IMG/VR virus record: IMGVR_UViG_3300014877_000004
Coordinates: 1 to 31,394 of that record
Direction: 5' to 3' (one strand)
Length of the DNA: 31,394 bases
DNA from: a virus
Taxonomy: Duplodnaviria > Caudoviricetes
Shown: positions 17,855 through 26,429 of the stretch, one piece after another
Numbering within the stretch: position 1 is the first letter of the stretch
Layout: every line of letters begins with the position of its first letter
Translations under genes and position numbers: made by a program
Notes under the pieces: generated by a model
Told to the model about the DNA's origin: nothing
The model's database searches: none
The model's input: only the letters and a program-made list of their open reading frames with translations

Positions 17855-19093
17855 CTATTTGGGAGACGTGATAAATTGGTCTAAAGTTTGAGCATCAGAT
17901 GCAGCGTAGGCCGTTTCTCCCTTTTTTTGGTTTACGTCTAAGATAGATACGTATTTCACACGTCTTTTTCCAGTGTTTGGATCGATTAGGACTTTCTTAA
18001 CCGCAAAACGTTGAAGCGTTGTTGGAGTTTGAGCCGCAGTGGGGTCTCTGTCAATATCAGATAATGTAAATCCGTTTTGGGATTTGTCTTTGAGGGGAGG
18101 TCTTTCCAGGGCGCTTTTCGGAATGATGTCCCCATTGATCTTGATAAGATCAAAGACAACGTTAGGGGAGGAAATCCACCTACGGACCGGCACAACTCCG
18201 GTTGGACTCTGGGCAGCCAGAAGATAGCCCTTGACACGAACGTTAAAGGTGTACCTCACCATACGCTCGTCATCCTTAAAGTCATCAAAATTCTCTCCAT
18301 TTTGAAAGGTGTCTTCCGTGTAGGAAATGAACCAGTAACCCTTGTCTGTTTCTAGCTTGTGGCCTCGAATTTGGGGCAAAAAGGACGCCATATAGGTTTG
18401 GATGAGATAGGTCATATGCTGGACATAGGAAGTCCAGAAGACAACTTCATAGGTTGCCGTGAAGAACTGTGGCTGCGGAATGGAGATAATCTCGTATATG
18501 TTATTCCCGGATAGTCTAGGTTCCAGTAGGCCACCCTCAATGACTTCAATCTCTCCAGCCAGGTCTTTGGTGCGCCTGGTGGTTTCTGGAAGACCACTCA
18601 GAATGTTCTGAACGTTCTTGAGACCTTGTTTGTTGACGAGATTCTGATAGTCCCTGTCTTCTGGAGAGAGCTTTCTCTTGATGGTAATGTTGCCGGTAAA
18701 TTGGTTCATGCCCCTGCTGGATATATCCTCAGGGGTCTGTTCTACAGCTGTTCTCCTAATGGAGATGGCCGGCAGAATCAACTTCTTGTTCTTGTCACGA
18801 GGCGGCTTAAGCTTCTTGGCAATAGCAAAGCGCTCCCCAGTGGCAAAGATAACATAGGGTTTTTTCACTTGCTGAGGGCCCTTGACGCTATTCACCATAA
18901 ACACCCCAAACCCAATCGTCTTATCAAAGAGACGATGAAGGGAGGTGTCTATGTCCTCGATTCCACAAGGCGGAATCGTGAAGTCCAAGGACGGCTGATT
19001 TTCATAGCCGCCATCCAAGTGATCCTTAGGATTTCTAGGATCTTGAGGGATATTTTGACGAGTGACGTTCTCGCGAGGATTTGGGTCAACCAT
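17855..19093 (-). CDS. Tail terminator/completion protein (T4 gp15-like)
   Basis: IEDID, VIFATGERF, ILPAISIRRT, IPQPQFFTATYEVVFWT, YTFNVRVKGYLL. Located between neck and sheath genes. Confidence 0.65.
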   Translation of the reverse strand: MVDPNPRENVTRQNIPQDPRNPKDHLDGGYENQPSLDFTIPPCGIEDIDTSLHRLFDKTIGFGVFMVNSVKGPQQVKKPYVIFATGERFAIAKKLKPPRDKNKKLILPAISIRRTAVEQTPEDISSRGMNQFTGNITIKRKLSPEDRDYQNLVNKQGLKNVQNILSGLPETTRRTKDLAGEIEVIEGGLLEPRLSGNNIYEIISIPQPQFFTATYEVVFWTSYVQHMTYLIQTYMASFLPQIRGHKLETDKGYWFISYTEDTFQNGENFDDFKDDERMVRYTFNVRVKGYLLAAQSPTGVVPVRRWISSPNVVFDLIKINGDIIPKSALERPPLKDKSQNGFTLSDIDRDPTAAQTPTTLQRFAVKKVLIDPNTGKRRVKYVSILDVNQKKGETAYAASDAQTLDQFITSPK

Positions 19094-19109
19094 ACCTCGA
19101 TAAGTATGG

Positions 19110-19898
19110 TTATGCTACTTGCGCCCTGCGTCCCGGTCGGGCTGCCTTGGTAGATAGTCCGATTTTTGCCATCATACAAACTGGAGCACCTTTGTCAGCA
19201 GGTTCTTCCTTACGGTAAAAGGCATTGGCTACTTCCTCAGTAAACCCATAGTCCAAGAGCACGATACGACCATCAGTAGTCTTACCATAGTGGTCCAATT
19301 CCGTTAGATCACCAGGCATCAAGCGGTTTACTGCCATGGCCGAAATGATTCCCTTGATGAAGGTGGAGTTTTCCATTGCTCTAAGGTCTTCGAGTTTCTT
19401 CTCAAAGTAGCGGGCGTTTCTTTCGTCTTGACCATCCCGAAGCTGCTTGGCTCTCTTAGAAAACTCACTGGAGATTTCACCGGTAATCTTCCTGAGATCA
19501 CCCTGGGCATTACTCTTGGCAAACTCCCTGATCACCTCTACGAAAGTATCCCAGGAGAAACCGGTGAGCTTTCGAAACTCAGGTTCCTTGGTTATGGGCC
19601 GTACTATTTGGGAAATCAACCAGGCAACCTGGTCCTTGACAATACCAAAGTCATAGATGGAAGCCACGGTATCGCTGGTGGCCTCATTTTCCTGAACGTA
19701 TTTCTCTGCCTCGTTTTGGGCGCATCCCTTGTCATTTAAGGCGATCTTGAGTACCTTACCACCCCTGTAGGCAAAAGTAATCCTACCAGATCCCTGACCA
19801 AGAACAGTTAGGGTCATCTTGCCATAGGCAACCATTTCCTCAATAGTTCTAAGAACTTTGAATCTCCCAAGCAAAAACTTTTTATTCGATACCTTCAT
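19110..19898 (-). CDS. Protein kinase-like protein, paralogue A; start probably ATG 19898
   Basis: LGQGSGR glycine loop, VLKIA Lys, AQNEAE helix-C Glu, GDLTELDHYG catalytic loop, VLLDYG (DFG equivalent). Confidence 0.7.
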   Translation of the reverse strand: MKVSNKKFLLGRFKVLRTIEEMVAYGKMTLTVLGQGSGRITFAYRGGKVLKIALNDKGCAQNEAEKYVQENEATSDTVASIYDFGIVKDQVAWLISQIVRPITKEPEFRKLTGFSWDTFVEVIREFAKSNAQGDLRKITGEISSEFSKRAKQLRDGQDERNARYFEKKLEDLRAMENSTFIKGIISAMAVNRLMPGDLTELDHYGKTTDGRIVLLDYGFTEEVANAFYRKEEPADKGAPVCMMAKIGLSTKAARPGRRAQVA

Positions 19899-19938
19899 TG
19901 CACACATCTAACTACACGAAATTGCTACGCTTCCTACT

Positions 19939-20652
19939 CTATCTATAGTGCCACATTTCTACGTCATGTGTAAACCCATAATCCAAAAGTACAACTCTAC
20001 CGTCAGCAGTTTTTCCATAATGACTAACATGAGTCAGGTCGCTGATGACCAAATTCAAGTGGTTCATGGCATACTCCAGGGCTCTCAGAATAAGAGGAGG
20101 ATTTTTGGCTATGTCCTCTAGCTTAATTCTCTCATCCCAACTAAGTCGATAGTTTTTACTGATGCTCTCAATGTCCTTCACTGGAGTCTCACGAATATTT
20201 CGCAAAAGGAATCCAAAGAAAGAAAAGGGTATACCCGTTCCTTTCTCAAAAGCCTTTTCAGCCGGAGGACCACGATCAAATGGCTGTACAGCCTCAGAAA
20301 GTACCCAGTGATACTTTGGGTCATAGTCGATTGCCTTGGCTACGGCATTCCCAAATCCTGCTCGATCCATTTCAAGAAAAACATCTACTTCAGCTTTGTT
20401 TTGGGCGATACCCTTTTGGTTCATGGCTATTTTTAAAACCTTGTCACCCGAGGCTGCATATACAGTACGGGCACTTCCCTCGCCCATGTGTGGAAGTATT
20501 CCCTTGGCATAGTTCATTTTAGCCGTGTTTGTAGGAAGCTTCTTGAAATAGTTCAAATTGAAGCCCCTAAGAAGTTCCTGAAGAACTTCCCTCTGTATTG
20601 ATTTCCTCACCGTGTGGAGGATGAAGGTTTCTAGAAGTTTGTTGTTCGTCAC
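19939..20652 (-). CDS. Protein kinase-like protein, paralogue B (GTG start)
   Basis: MGEGSAR, VLKIA, AQNKAE, SDLTHVSHYG, VLLDYG. Clearly homologous to the neighbouring gene. Confidence 0.7.
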   Translation of the reverse strand: MTNNKLLETFILHTVRKSIQREVLQELLRGFNLNYFKKLPTNTAKMNYAKGILPHMGEGSARTVYAASGDKVLKIAMNQKGIAQNKAEVDVFLEMDRAGFGNAVAKAIDYDPKYHWVLSEAVQPFDRGPPAEKAFEKGTGIPFSFFGFLLRNIRETPVKDIESISKNYRLSWDERIKLEDIAKNPPLILRALEYAMNHLNLVISDLTHVSHYGKTADGRVVLLDYGFTHDVEMWHYR

Positions 20653-20686
20653 AGTAAACCCTACTATAGATATTTCAGCCTAGCTC

Positions 20687-21427
20687 TCACTCATTATATA
20701 AGTCGGGAATATCGGGATAGTTTGGTGATTCATTATCAAAAGAAGAAGCCTTGTTTGGCTTATGGGTCTCATCATTGACTTCACTGTCAATGTTTACGAC
20801 ACGAGGGCCCTCTCCAAGGGCAACTTCTGCCATGTCCTCAGCAAGACGCTCACGCATTTCACGCTTGTCTCCTGTCGGACCCTCAATGTTCTCCGAAAGA
20901 CCACGTTGTTGCTGCCAAACTTTCTGTACGGGGTTGTCAAGGTACTCAATCCCTTGATCCGACAAAATGTCCTTGAAGTTTTGAATGTCGAGGGTGCCCT
21001 TACGAGCCAGCTTGCCTTCAATTTTGTATCCCACATCATACTCAGCCTGACCAAAAATGTTGTTGATGTTGAGGGCGGTAAGAACTTCAAAAACTGCACC
21101 ATTGTACATGAAGAAGTCTCCCTCCTTGATTTCATAGCCCTTATCTAGAAGGTCCCGGGCCTGGATGTAAATCTCTACCTTGTTATCCTGCTCATTTCCG
21201 AAAACATTCCACTTGGTCTCCCAGTTAGGCTGACCAGCAAGTACGTCCACCTTAATAGGGTTTTCAAAGATTTTCTCGATGGCCTCTTCATAGATGGGAT
21301 GAATCTGAGTCTTGAGCGTAGAAATAGGGTAATAGATGATATGTTGTCCAATAACGTCCTTTACAAACTCCTTCGTAACGTCGTTGATGAACTGAATCTC
21401 CCTGGGTGTGATAAAAAGTCTTGCCAT
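20687..21427 (-). CDS. Head closure/neck protein (T4 gp14-like)
   Basis: MARLFITPREIQFI...IGQHIIYY, IYEEAIEK, EIKEGDFF. Directly follows the adaptor gene. Confidence 0.65.
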   Translation of the reverse strand: MARLFITPREIQFINDVTKEFVKDVIGQHIIYYPISTLKTQIHPIYEEAIEKIFENPIKVDVLAGQPNWETKWNVFGNEQDNKVEIYIQARDLLDKGYEIKEGDFFMYNGAVFEVLTALNINNIFGQAEYDVGYKIEGKLARKGTLDIQNFKDILSDQGIEYLDNPVQKVWQQQRGLSENIEGPTGDKREMRERLAEDMAEVALGEGPRVVNIDSEVNDETHKPNKASSFDNESPNYPDIPDLYNE

Positions 21428-21433
21428 AGTTGA

Positions 21434-22705
21434 TTACCCCATAAAAAGTGTGTATTTTGGAGGCATTGGTAACATTTGTAGTAGACGCATGTTTGCCTCT
21501 GCCCTGTCCGCCTCTAGAGCAGCGAGCTTGTCGAAAGTCAAACTGTCCAGGAGCTGTATCAGACCACCTTCTCCGGTCAGAAGAAGTGCCTGGTCCTCAC
21601 GACCCTGGGCAATGAGGTCATCACCATTCAACTGAAGCTCAGCCCCAGGAATTGGAAAGTTCTTAAACTTGTTGCGGACCAACCCCAGAAGCTCCTTGGC
21701 AAGAGCCAGGGTCATCTGGATAATCCAGTTACGAGCCCAGGGGTTTAGGCTGGTGTATGTGATGAAACCAAATGGAATATTGGCAGGGTTGCTGACACCA
21801 AAAAGGGTGGTGTTAGTCAAGGCAGGGAACTGAAGGGAACCACTGAGACTTGAGGAGCCACTGAAGAAGGTACCAATAACTCCAGGGTCTGCCGAAGGAG
21901 GAAATCCCACACGAACCCAAAGTTTGTCATTGAAAAACGGAGTCAGGTTGTTGGGAACTGGAAAAATACGAAGGCTTCTTCCTGAAATACGGTAAGAATA
22001 GTGAGACCGTCTTACTTTAGCAGCGGTTTCCAACATGCCAGCCCTAAGAACATCTTCAAACAAAGGCAAAACATAGAATCTGGTATCTGGGACATAGCTT
22101 TCTACGGGCATACCGCTCGCAATAAAGTTAGATGCAAGATTGCTGTTGAAAACATATTGCATTGGAGCGCTGTGATAGACTTCGAAGATTTTCATTCTAG
22201 AAGCTATGCTGAGAGAGCCGGTGCCCATGTAGGTGGATAGGGCTATGCCATTTCCATCTACCAGTTCTGTGTAGAGGTTGTAGTCCTGACGACCTGACTC
22301 TAGCTGAATTGACCCAGAATAGGAGTCCAAGGATTGTCCATAACCAACTTCACTGGCATAGGGCTCTGCCTGTCTGATCAAAAACTCGAAATTCGGCTGA
22401 ATGAATGTGTTAATCAGATTAATGCTATTTCTTCCTGTGGTAGGATCAATTGACCCGGTAGGATTACCCAAGAGGCTAGCCAAGTTGGATTTAGCCTGAT
22501 ATTCAATCATTAGGGCGTTAAACTTGAGAGTAGCCTCCTCGAAGCATGCCCATATCATCTTCTTGGTAAGCTCAACAGAAAGAACATCCTCACCTAACTT
22601 ACGAAGAACAAAAGTAATGATCTTGTCTGCGTCATTTTGATAGGTGACGTCATTATCGAAGAATCCGAATGGAGTCGGCCTAATGGTGGTGGCAAATGTG
22701 GACAT
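21434..22705 (-). CDS. Head-tail adaptor/neck protein (T4 gp13-like)
   Basis: RKLGEDVLSVELT near the N-terminus; WIIQMTLALAKELLGLVRNKF..PIPGAELQLNGDDL near the C-terminus. Confidence 0.8.
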   Translation of the reverse strand: MSTFATTIRPTPFGFFDNDVTYQNDADKIITFVLRKLGEDVLSVELTKKMIWACFEEATLKFNALMIEYQAKSNLASLLGNPTGSIDPTTGRNSINLINTFIQPNFEFLIRQAEPYASEVGYGQSLDSYSGSIQLESGRQDYNLYTELVDGNGIALSTYMGTGSLSIASRMKIFEVYHSAPMQYVFNSNLASNFIASGMPVESYVPDTRFYVLPLFEDVLRAGMLETAAKVRRSHYSYRISGRSLRIFPVPNNLTPFFNDKLWVRVGFPPSADPGVIGTFFSGSSSLSGSLQFPALTNTTLFGVSNPANIPFGFITYTSLNPWARNWIIQMTLALAKELLGLVRNKFKNFPIPGAELQLNGDDLIAQGREDQALLLTGEGGLIQLLDSLTFDKLAALEADRAEANMRLLQMLPMPPKYTLFMG

Positions 22706-22717
22706 GTCTTCAAGAGG

Positions 22718-22723
22718 TAATTA
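22718..22723. promoter_or_regulatory. TAATTA, palindromic TANTTA variant, in the 28 nt divergent gap between the neck and HAD genes
   Basis: Centred between two divergent ATGs (22705 and 22734). The gap is too short for two sigma70 promoters. Confidence 0.55.
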
Positions 22724-22733
22724 GTCGCATAAT

Positions 22734-23300
22734 ATGAGTAAGGGACAAAAGACTACCAAGAAGAAGAAGCCCCGAAAGCTGCGCATCTTCGACTTTGATG
22801 ATACTCTCGTGCAAACCAAGGGAACTGTGGACCTTGTCAAGATTGACGGCGCCAGGGTTGTGATGACTCCTGCTGAATTTGCGGTCTATGACAAGCTTCC
22901 CGGGGAACGTTTTGACTTCACAAAGTTTGAGGAAACTCTTGTTGAGCCGGCTGAAGTAAAGTGGGTTACCAAGATTCTACGTAGGGTCGTCAAGAAACAT
23001 GGACAGGATGGAGCCATGGTGCTCACGGCCCGTTCAAAGGATGCTCCCGTTTTAAGGTTTTTCAGGATGTTCAACATCCCGGCTATTCCTGTGGTCTGTC
23101 TAAACAGTGCCGACCCACAAAGGAAGGCCGACCACGTTTATCTGCTTGCCACCGAAGACGAATATGACGTAATTGAGTTCTTCGATGATAGCCTCAAGAA
23201 TATCAATGCCGTTAGGGAAATTTCCCAAAAGTTGCCTCACATCAAAATCATTGTTCGTCACATCAGACACCTGAGATTGGAAAAAATCTATGTTACTTGA
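22734..23300 (+). CDS. HAD-superfamily phosphatase, resembling PNKP/RNA-repair phosphatase domains
   Basis: Motif I IFDFDDTL, motif II VLTAR, a Lys in PQRKA, motif IV FFDDSLKN. Confidence 0.8.
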   Translation: MSKGQKTTKKKKPRKLRIFDFDDTLVQTKGTVDLVKIDGARVVMTPAEFAVYDKLPGERFDFTKFEETLVEPAEVKWVTKILRRVVKKHGQDGAMVLTARSKDAPVLRFFRMFNIPAIPVVCLNSADPQRKADHVYLLATEDEYDVIEFFDDSLKNINAVREISQKLPHIKIIVRHIRHLRLEKIYVT

Positions 23301-24156
23301 AATCGCAGTCGGAGACAGTTATGGTGCGGGATTTGAATTCGCCAAACCTGAAAGACTGGCGCAAATCAAGAATGACTTGAGTATCTACTACCCACATAAT
23401 CTTCCTGGACACCTACCTCCTGGTAGCTACACGGATGATACCCAAATGACCCTGGCCATTGTAGAGACTCTCCTCATGAGTCGTAAGCACTGGAATATCG
23501 AAGAAATTGCGGATAAGTTCGTGGAAGTCTATAAGAGAGACCCAAGGAATGGGTATTCCAGAGGACTTCAGGCGATTTTAGACAAGCCCGAAATTAAGAC
23601 GGGTACAGATCTTAGGAATACTCTCATCCCTGTTTCAGACAGGTGTGGGGCAGCCATGAGGTCTGTACCAATTGGTCTCATTAGGGAGATTCCCGAGCTT
23701 CTGAGGTTCTGTCAGACACAGGCCAGCATTACGCATAATACTTCTGCCGGTATTAAGAGTTCCCAGGCTGTTGCCCTGGCTGCTCACTGGTACAAGTACA
23801 GTCCAAAGGGCTTTGCAAGCCTGGAACAGTTCATTCAGGTTCACACCAAGGACTACGAAACCCCGTGGTGCACCTGGTCCAAGGGCAGGAAGGTAAGTAC
23901 CTCGGCCCACGAAGTGGTTAGGGCAGCTCTCTTTGCTGTTACGACCCTGACTAGTCAGAGCGAGATTCTAAGGCAGTGTATCGACTACACGGGGGACGTA
24001 GACAGCATTGCAGCTATTGCAATGGGTGTTTCTAGCCTAAAGTCAGACGCAGAAAAGGACTTGCCTGTCTATCTTCAACTTGGCTTGGAGGACACGACCT
24101 ATGGTCGGTCTTATCTTGTTGAACTTGACAAACGGTTAGTCTCTGTCAATCTCTAA
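23290..24156 (+). CDS. ADP-ribosylglycohydrolase (ARH/DraG family)
   Basis: AVGDSYG, YTDDTQM, GAAMR, ITH and GDVDSIAAIA metal-binding motifs. Confidence 0.9.
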   Translation: MLLEIAVGDSYGAGFEFAKPERLAQIKNDLSIYYPHNLPGHLPPGSYTDDTQMTLAIVETLLMSRKHWNIEEIADKFVEVYKRDPRNGYSRGLQAILDKPEIKTGTDLRNTLIPVSDRCGAAMRSVPIGLIREIPELLRFCQTQASITHNTSAGIKSSQAVALAAHWYKYSPKGFASLEQFIQVHTKDYETPWCTWSKGRKVSTSAHEVVRAALFAVTTLTSQSEILRQCIDYTGDVDSIAAIAMGVSSLKSDAEKDLPVYLQLGLEDTTYGRSYLVELDKRLVSVNL

Positions 24157-24537
24157 GACCATACCCGGCGTGATGCCGTGACTAGCACAGAATCCCCTAC
24201 GTAGTTCCAGGACGTGTCTACAGGACTTGGAGAGTTTACGCTCGGTTTCATCCCCTGCCTTGAGGTGAATAACCTCAAACAGGCGCATCTTGTCATCAAA
24301 CCCAAGAAGATCTAAGTCGAAGGGCACGTTCTTCATCCAAAATCCCCTGACTGCCGAGCTTGGATATAGAAAATATAGGCCAAAGGTTGTGTCAGGCTCT
24401 GGTTTACCCATAAAGCCAGCCTGGTGTTCCCCCGGAGACTCTAGAATTTTGAGATTCAGGACATGCCCACCAAGGGTTGCCTTCACATCGCCGGTGTAAC
24501 GTCTCCAGCGACGGAAAATCTCTTGCATTGTGTGCAT
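24136..24537 (-). CDS. DUF192 family protein
   Basis: GFM...GLYFLY, FWMKNVPFDLDLLGFD, HVLELRRG, GITPG. TACTTA motif upstream. Confidence 0.85.
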   Translation of the reverse strand: MHTMQEIFRRWRRYTGDVKATLGGHVLNLKILESPGEHQAGFMGKPEPDTTFGLYFLYPSSAVRGFWMKNVPFDLDLLGFDDKMRLFEVIHLKAGDETERKLSKSCRHVLELRRGFCASHGITPGMVLEIDRD

Positions 24538-24541
24538 GGAC

Positions 24542-24889
24542 TTAAGTAAGTCTCACGAACTTACTTTTGATCCAAGATTCCAAATGAGAACGACTTTGGC
24601 CAAGCCAGAATACAGCCTGACCGTCCTCACTGAGGAGCTTAACATACCAGTCTTCCTTTTGGCGGGAGCTTGGGAATCCGCTAGCCTGGGGGCCTGAGTG
24701 TATGCTCCTAACTAGGGAAAAAGAACCAAGCTTGAATTCGCAGATCAAGAAATTTTGCCTACCCTCAAAGGTCCTGGGAACAAATCTCTGACCGTATTCA
24801 GAGTGGTCTTCCCAAATCTTGGCTTCCAGGAAATCCCGTTGCATCCGAATGACGCACCCAACCGGGATTTCTGCATTTCCCCAGCGCAT
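24542..24889 (-). CDS. Hypothetical protein; start probably ATG 24889
   Basis: Fills the gap between the RNA ligase stop (24891) and the DUF192 gene on the same strand. Confidence 0.6.
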   Translation of the reverse strand: MRWGNAEIPVGCVIRMQRDFLEAKIWEDHSEYGQRFVPRTFEGRQNFLICEFKLGSFSLVRSIHSGPQASGFPSSRQKEDWYVKLLSEDGQAVFWLGQSRSHLESWIKSKFVRLT

Positions 24890-24890
24890 G

Positions 24891-25523
24891 TTACACTTTC
24901 CTAAGACCATTGGGTACAACGGCCTTGGTCATCCAGTGTTCATCGGTTTGAACATGATCCCTGCGAACGAACTTAGCCAGGGATTCTCCAAAAGCCTTAT
25001 AGGGAATCCCACCAGCCAGACGAACCACATAGCCTTCCATTCGTCCAGCGTCCTCAGAGGGATTATAGAGATTTCTAATGGCCCTCTCATCCCATGTGCC
25101 TCGGAAGAGAACCGGAACAGGGACCAAACCCAGAAGTTCACACCACTCCAGGGTCTCATCCCAGGAGAGGGCTTCGTTGTCGGTGTTCCAAATCGAGAAG
25201 ACCATGAAATAGGACGGAAGGGAGTCATACCCAATGGAATGTCGAGCAAAGAGATTTTCCCCACAAACACGCCACCCCTTGGGAATGTCCATGCTAACCC
25301 CGGCATGAAGAGACTTGACCCAAGTGCGGGAGGGATGATGGGCAGAATCCAGGGACCGAGCATGAATGTGATCAGAATACATCGTGGTATTCTCCCCGTC
25401 CATTTTCTCGGTAACAACCACTTCCTTGCCGACAAAGTTGGTCACGTCAATCAAACGCACGTCATCCTCGGTTGCCCCCGGGGACCATGGAAGATGCATT
25501 GTTCTCGGGTATTTCATCAGCAT
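24891..25523 (-). CDS. ATP-dependent RNA ligase family protein (stand-alone adenylyltransferase domain)
   Basis: KYPRTMHLPWS, motif I TEKMDGEN, GENLFARHSI, FSIW, motif IV EGYVVR, motif V AKFVR. Confidence 0.88.
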   Translation of the reverse strand: MLMKYPRTMHLPWSPGATEDDVRLIDVTNFVGKEVVVTEKMDGENTTMYSDHIHARSLDSAHHPSRTWVKSLHAGVSMDIPKGWRVCGENLFARHSIGYDSLPSYFMVFSIWNTDNEALSWDETLEWCELLGLVPVPVLFRGTWDERAIRNLYNPSEDAGRMEGYVVRLAGGIPYKAFGESLAKFVRRDHVQTDEHWMTKAVVPNGLRKV

Positions 25524-25595
25524 GACAGAAAACCTGGTATTCTTAATGATACCATCAGCCCACAGGAATATGTAGATATTATTCCTTGTGTGATT

Positions 25596-25856
25596 TCAAG
25601 CACTTACAACTGTACGAGAGACCACATCCCCGGTGGCGGCCTCAATTAGTTCAAGAGTACAGGAACGATCAAGCTCAGTAGCCTCCAAGACCATTTCCTG
25701 AAAGGTTGCCGCTGCGAGGTCAAGTGTTTCAAGGCCTCGCATAAAGGACTCCTGCTGCTTTGGGTGGTCCCAAACTCGAATAGCGTAGCCCCGTGTAATA
25801 TCCATGTCCATATGTAGTACCTCCACTGTCTTACCTGAGTCTGTTAAAATTGTCAT
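25596..25856 (-). CDS. Hypothetical protein, 86 aa
   Basis: Co-oriented ORF that tiles the accessory block. Confidence 0.6.
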   Translation of the reverse strand: MTILTDSGKTVEVLHMDMDITRGYAIRVWDHPKQQESFMRGLETLDLAAATFQEMVLEATELDRSCTLELIEAATGDVVSRTVVSA

Positions 25857-26220
25857 CCAAAAACTTGAAAAGGGCCTTCATGTTAGGAAACTTGGCTTCT
25901 ATGACCTTTTCTTCGGGCGTCAAAAACTTAAGCACATAGGCCCGAACAGTTTCTGAAATGTTGTCTATCAGAGACAACTGCTCGTCAACCAAGTAGGCCT
26001 CGGTTAGCATGTAAATTCCGGGCGGCATTTCCACCACGTCGTGCTTCTTCATGGAGTTAAGAGAACTTAGATAACGCTTGGGGCTCCCACCAAAGGCGTG
26101 ATAATATCCTGGTTCGCCCTCCTTGTGAGGCTTCAATTCATAGAGATTCCCAATGCGGGCCTCCTTGAATTGTTTCCATTGCCATCTATCGAGTTTCTGT
26201 TGACCGTGACCCCGATGCAT
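25831..26220 (-). CDS. Hypothetical protein; start probably ATG 26220
   Basis: AAGGA SD 8 nt before the ATG at 26220. The upstream part of the track ORF is better explained by a small ORF in another frame. Confidence 0.6.
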   Translation of the reverse strand: MHRGHGQQKLDRWQWKQFKEARIGNLYELKPHKEGEPGYYHAFGGSPKRYLSSLNSMKKHDVVEMPPGIYMLTEAYLVDEQLSLIDNISETVRAYVLKFLTPEEKVIEAKFPNMKALFKFLDDNFNRLR

Positions 26221-26353
26221 GACCAAATTCCTTCTGGAGTAGTTTGAAAAATGTGATGAAACTCTGTCCAATGAGTCTACGAATCTCCAGGGCCTCGGCG
26301 GGGTAAAACTCGTCACCCCTCTGCATTTTCCGCCAGAGCTTTCGTACATTCAT
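26186..26353 (-). CDS. Small hypothetical protein, 55 aa (MNVRKLWRKMQRGDEFYPAEALEIRRLIG...)
   Basis: Manual translation. Fills otherwise unexplained space; below the track cutoff. Confidence 0.4.
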   Translation of the reverse strand: MNVRKLWRKMQRGDEFYPAEALEIRRLIGQSFITFFKLLQKEFGHASGSRSTETR

Positions 26354-26429
26354 CGACACGCAGAAATTATCCTATATTAAGTGTAGCACACTTACTACGG
26401 AATTTTGATGTTATTCTTTCCTTGGGGTA

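Noticed and set aside
24819-25649. 276 aa plus-strand ORF and 168 aa alternate-frame ORF over the RNA ligase
   Set aside because: They overlap a gene with clear ligase motifs and have no recognisable features themselves.
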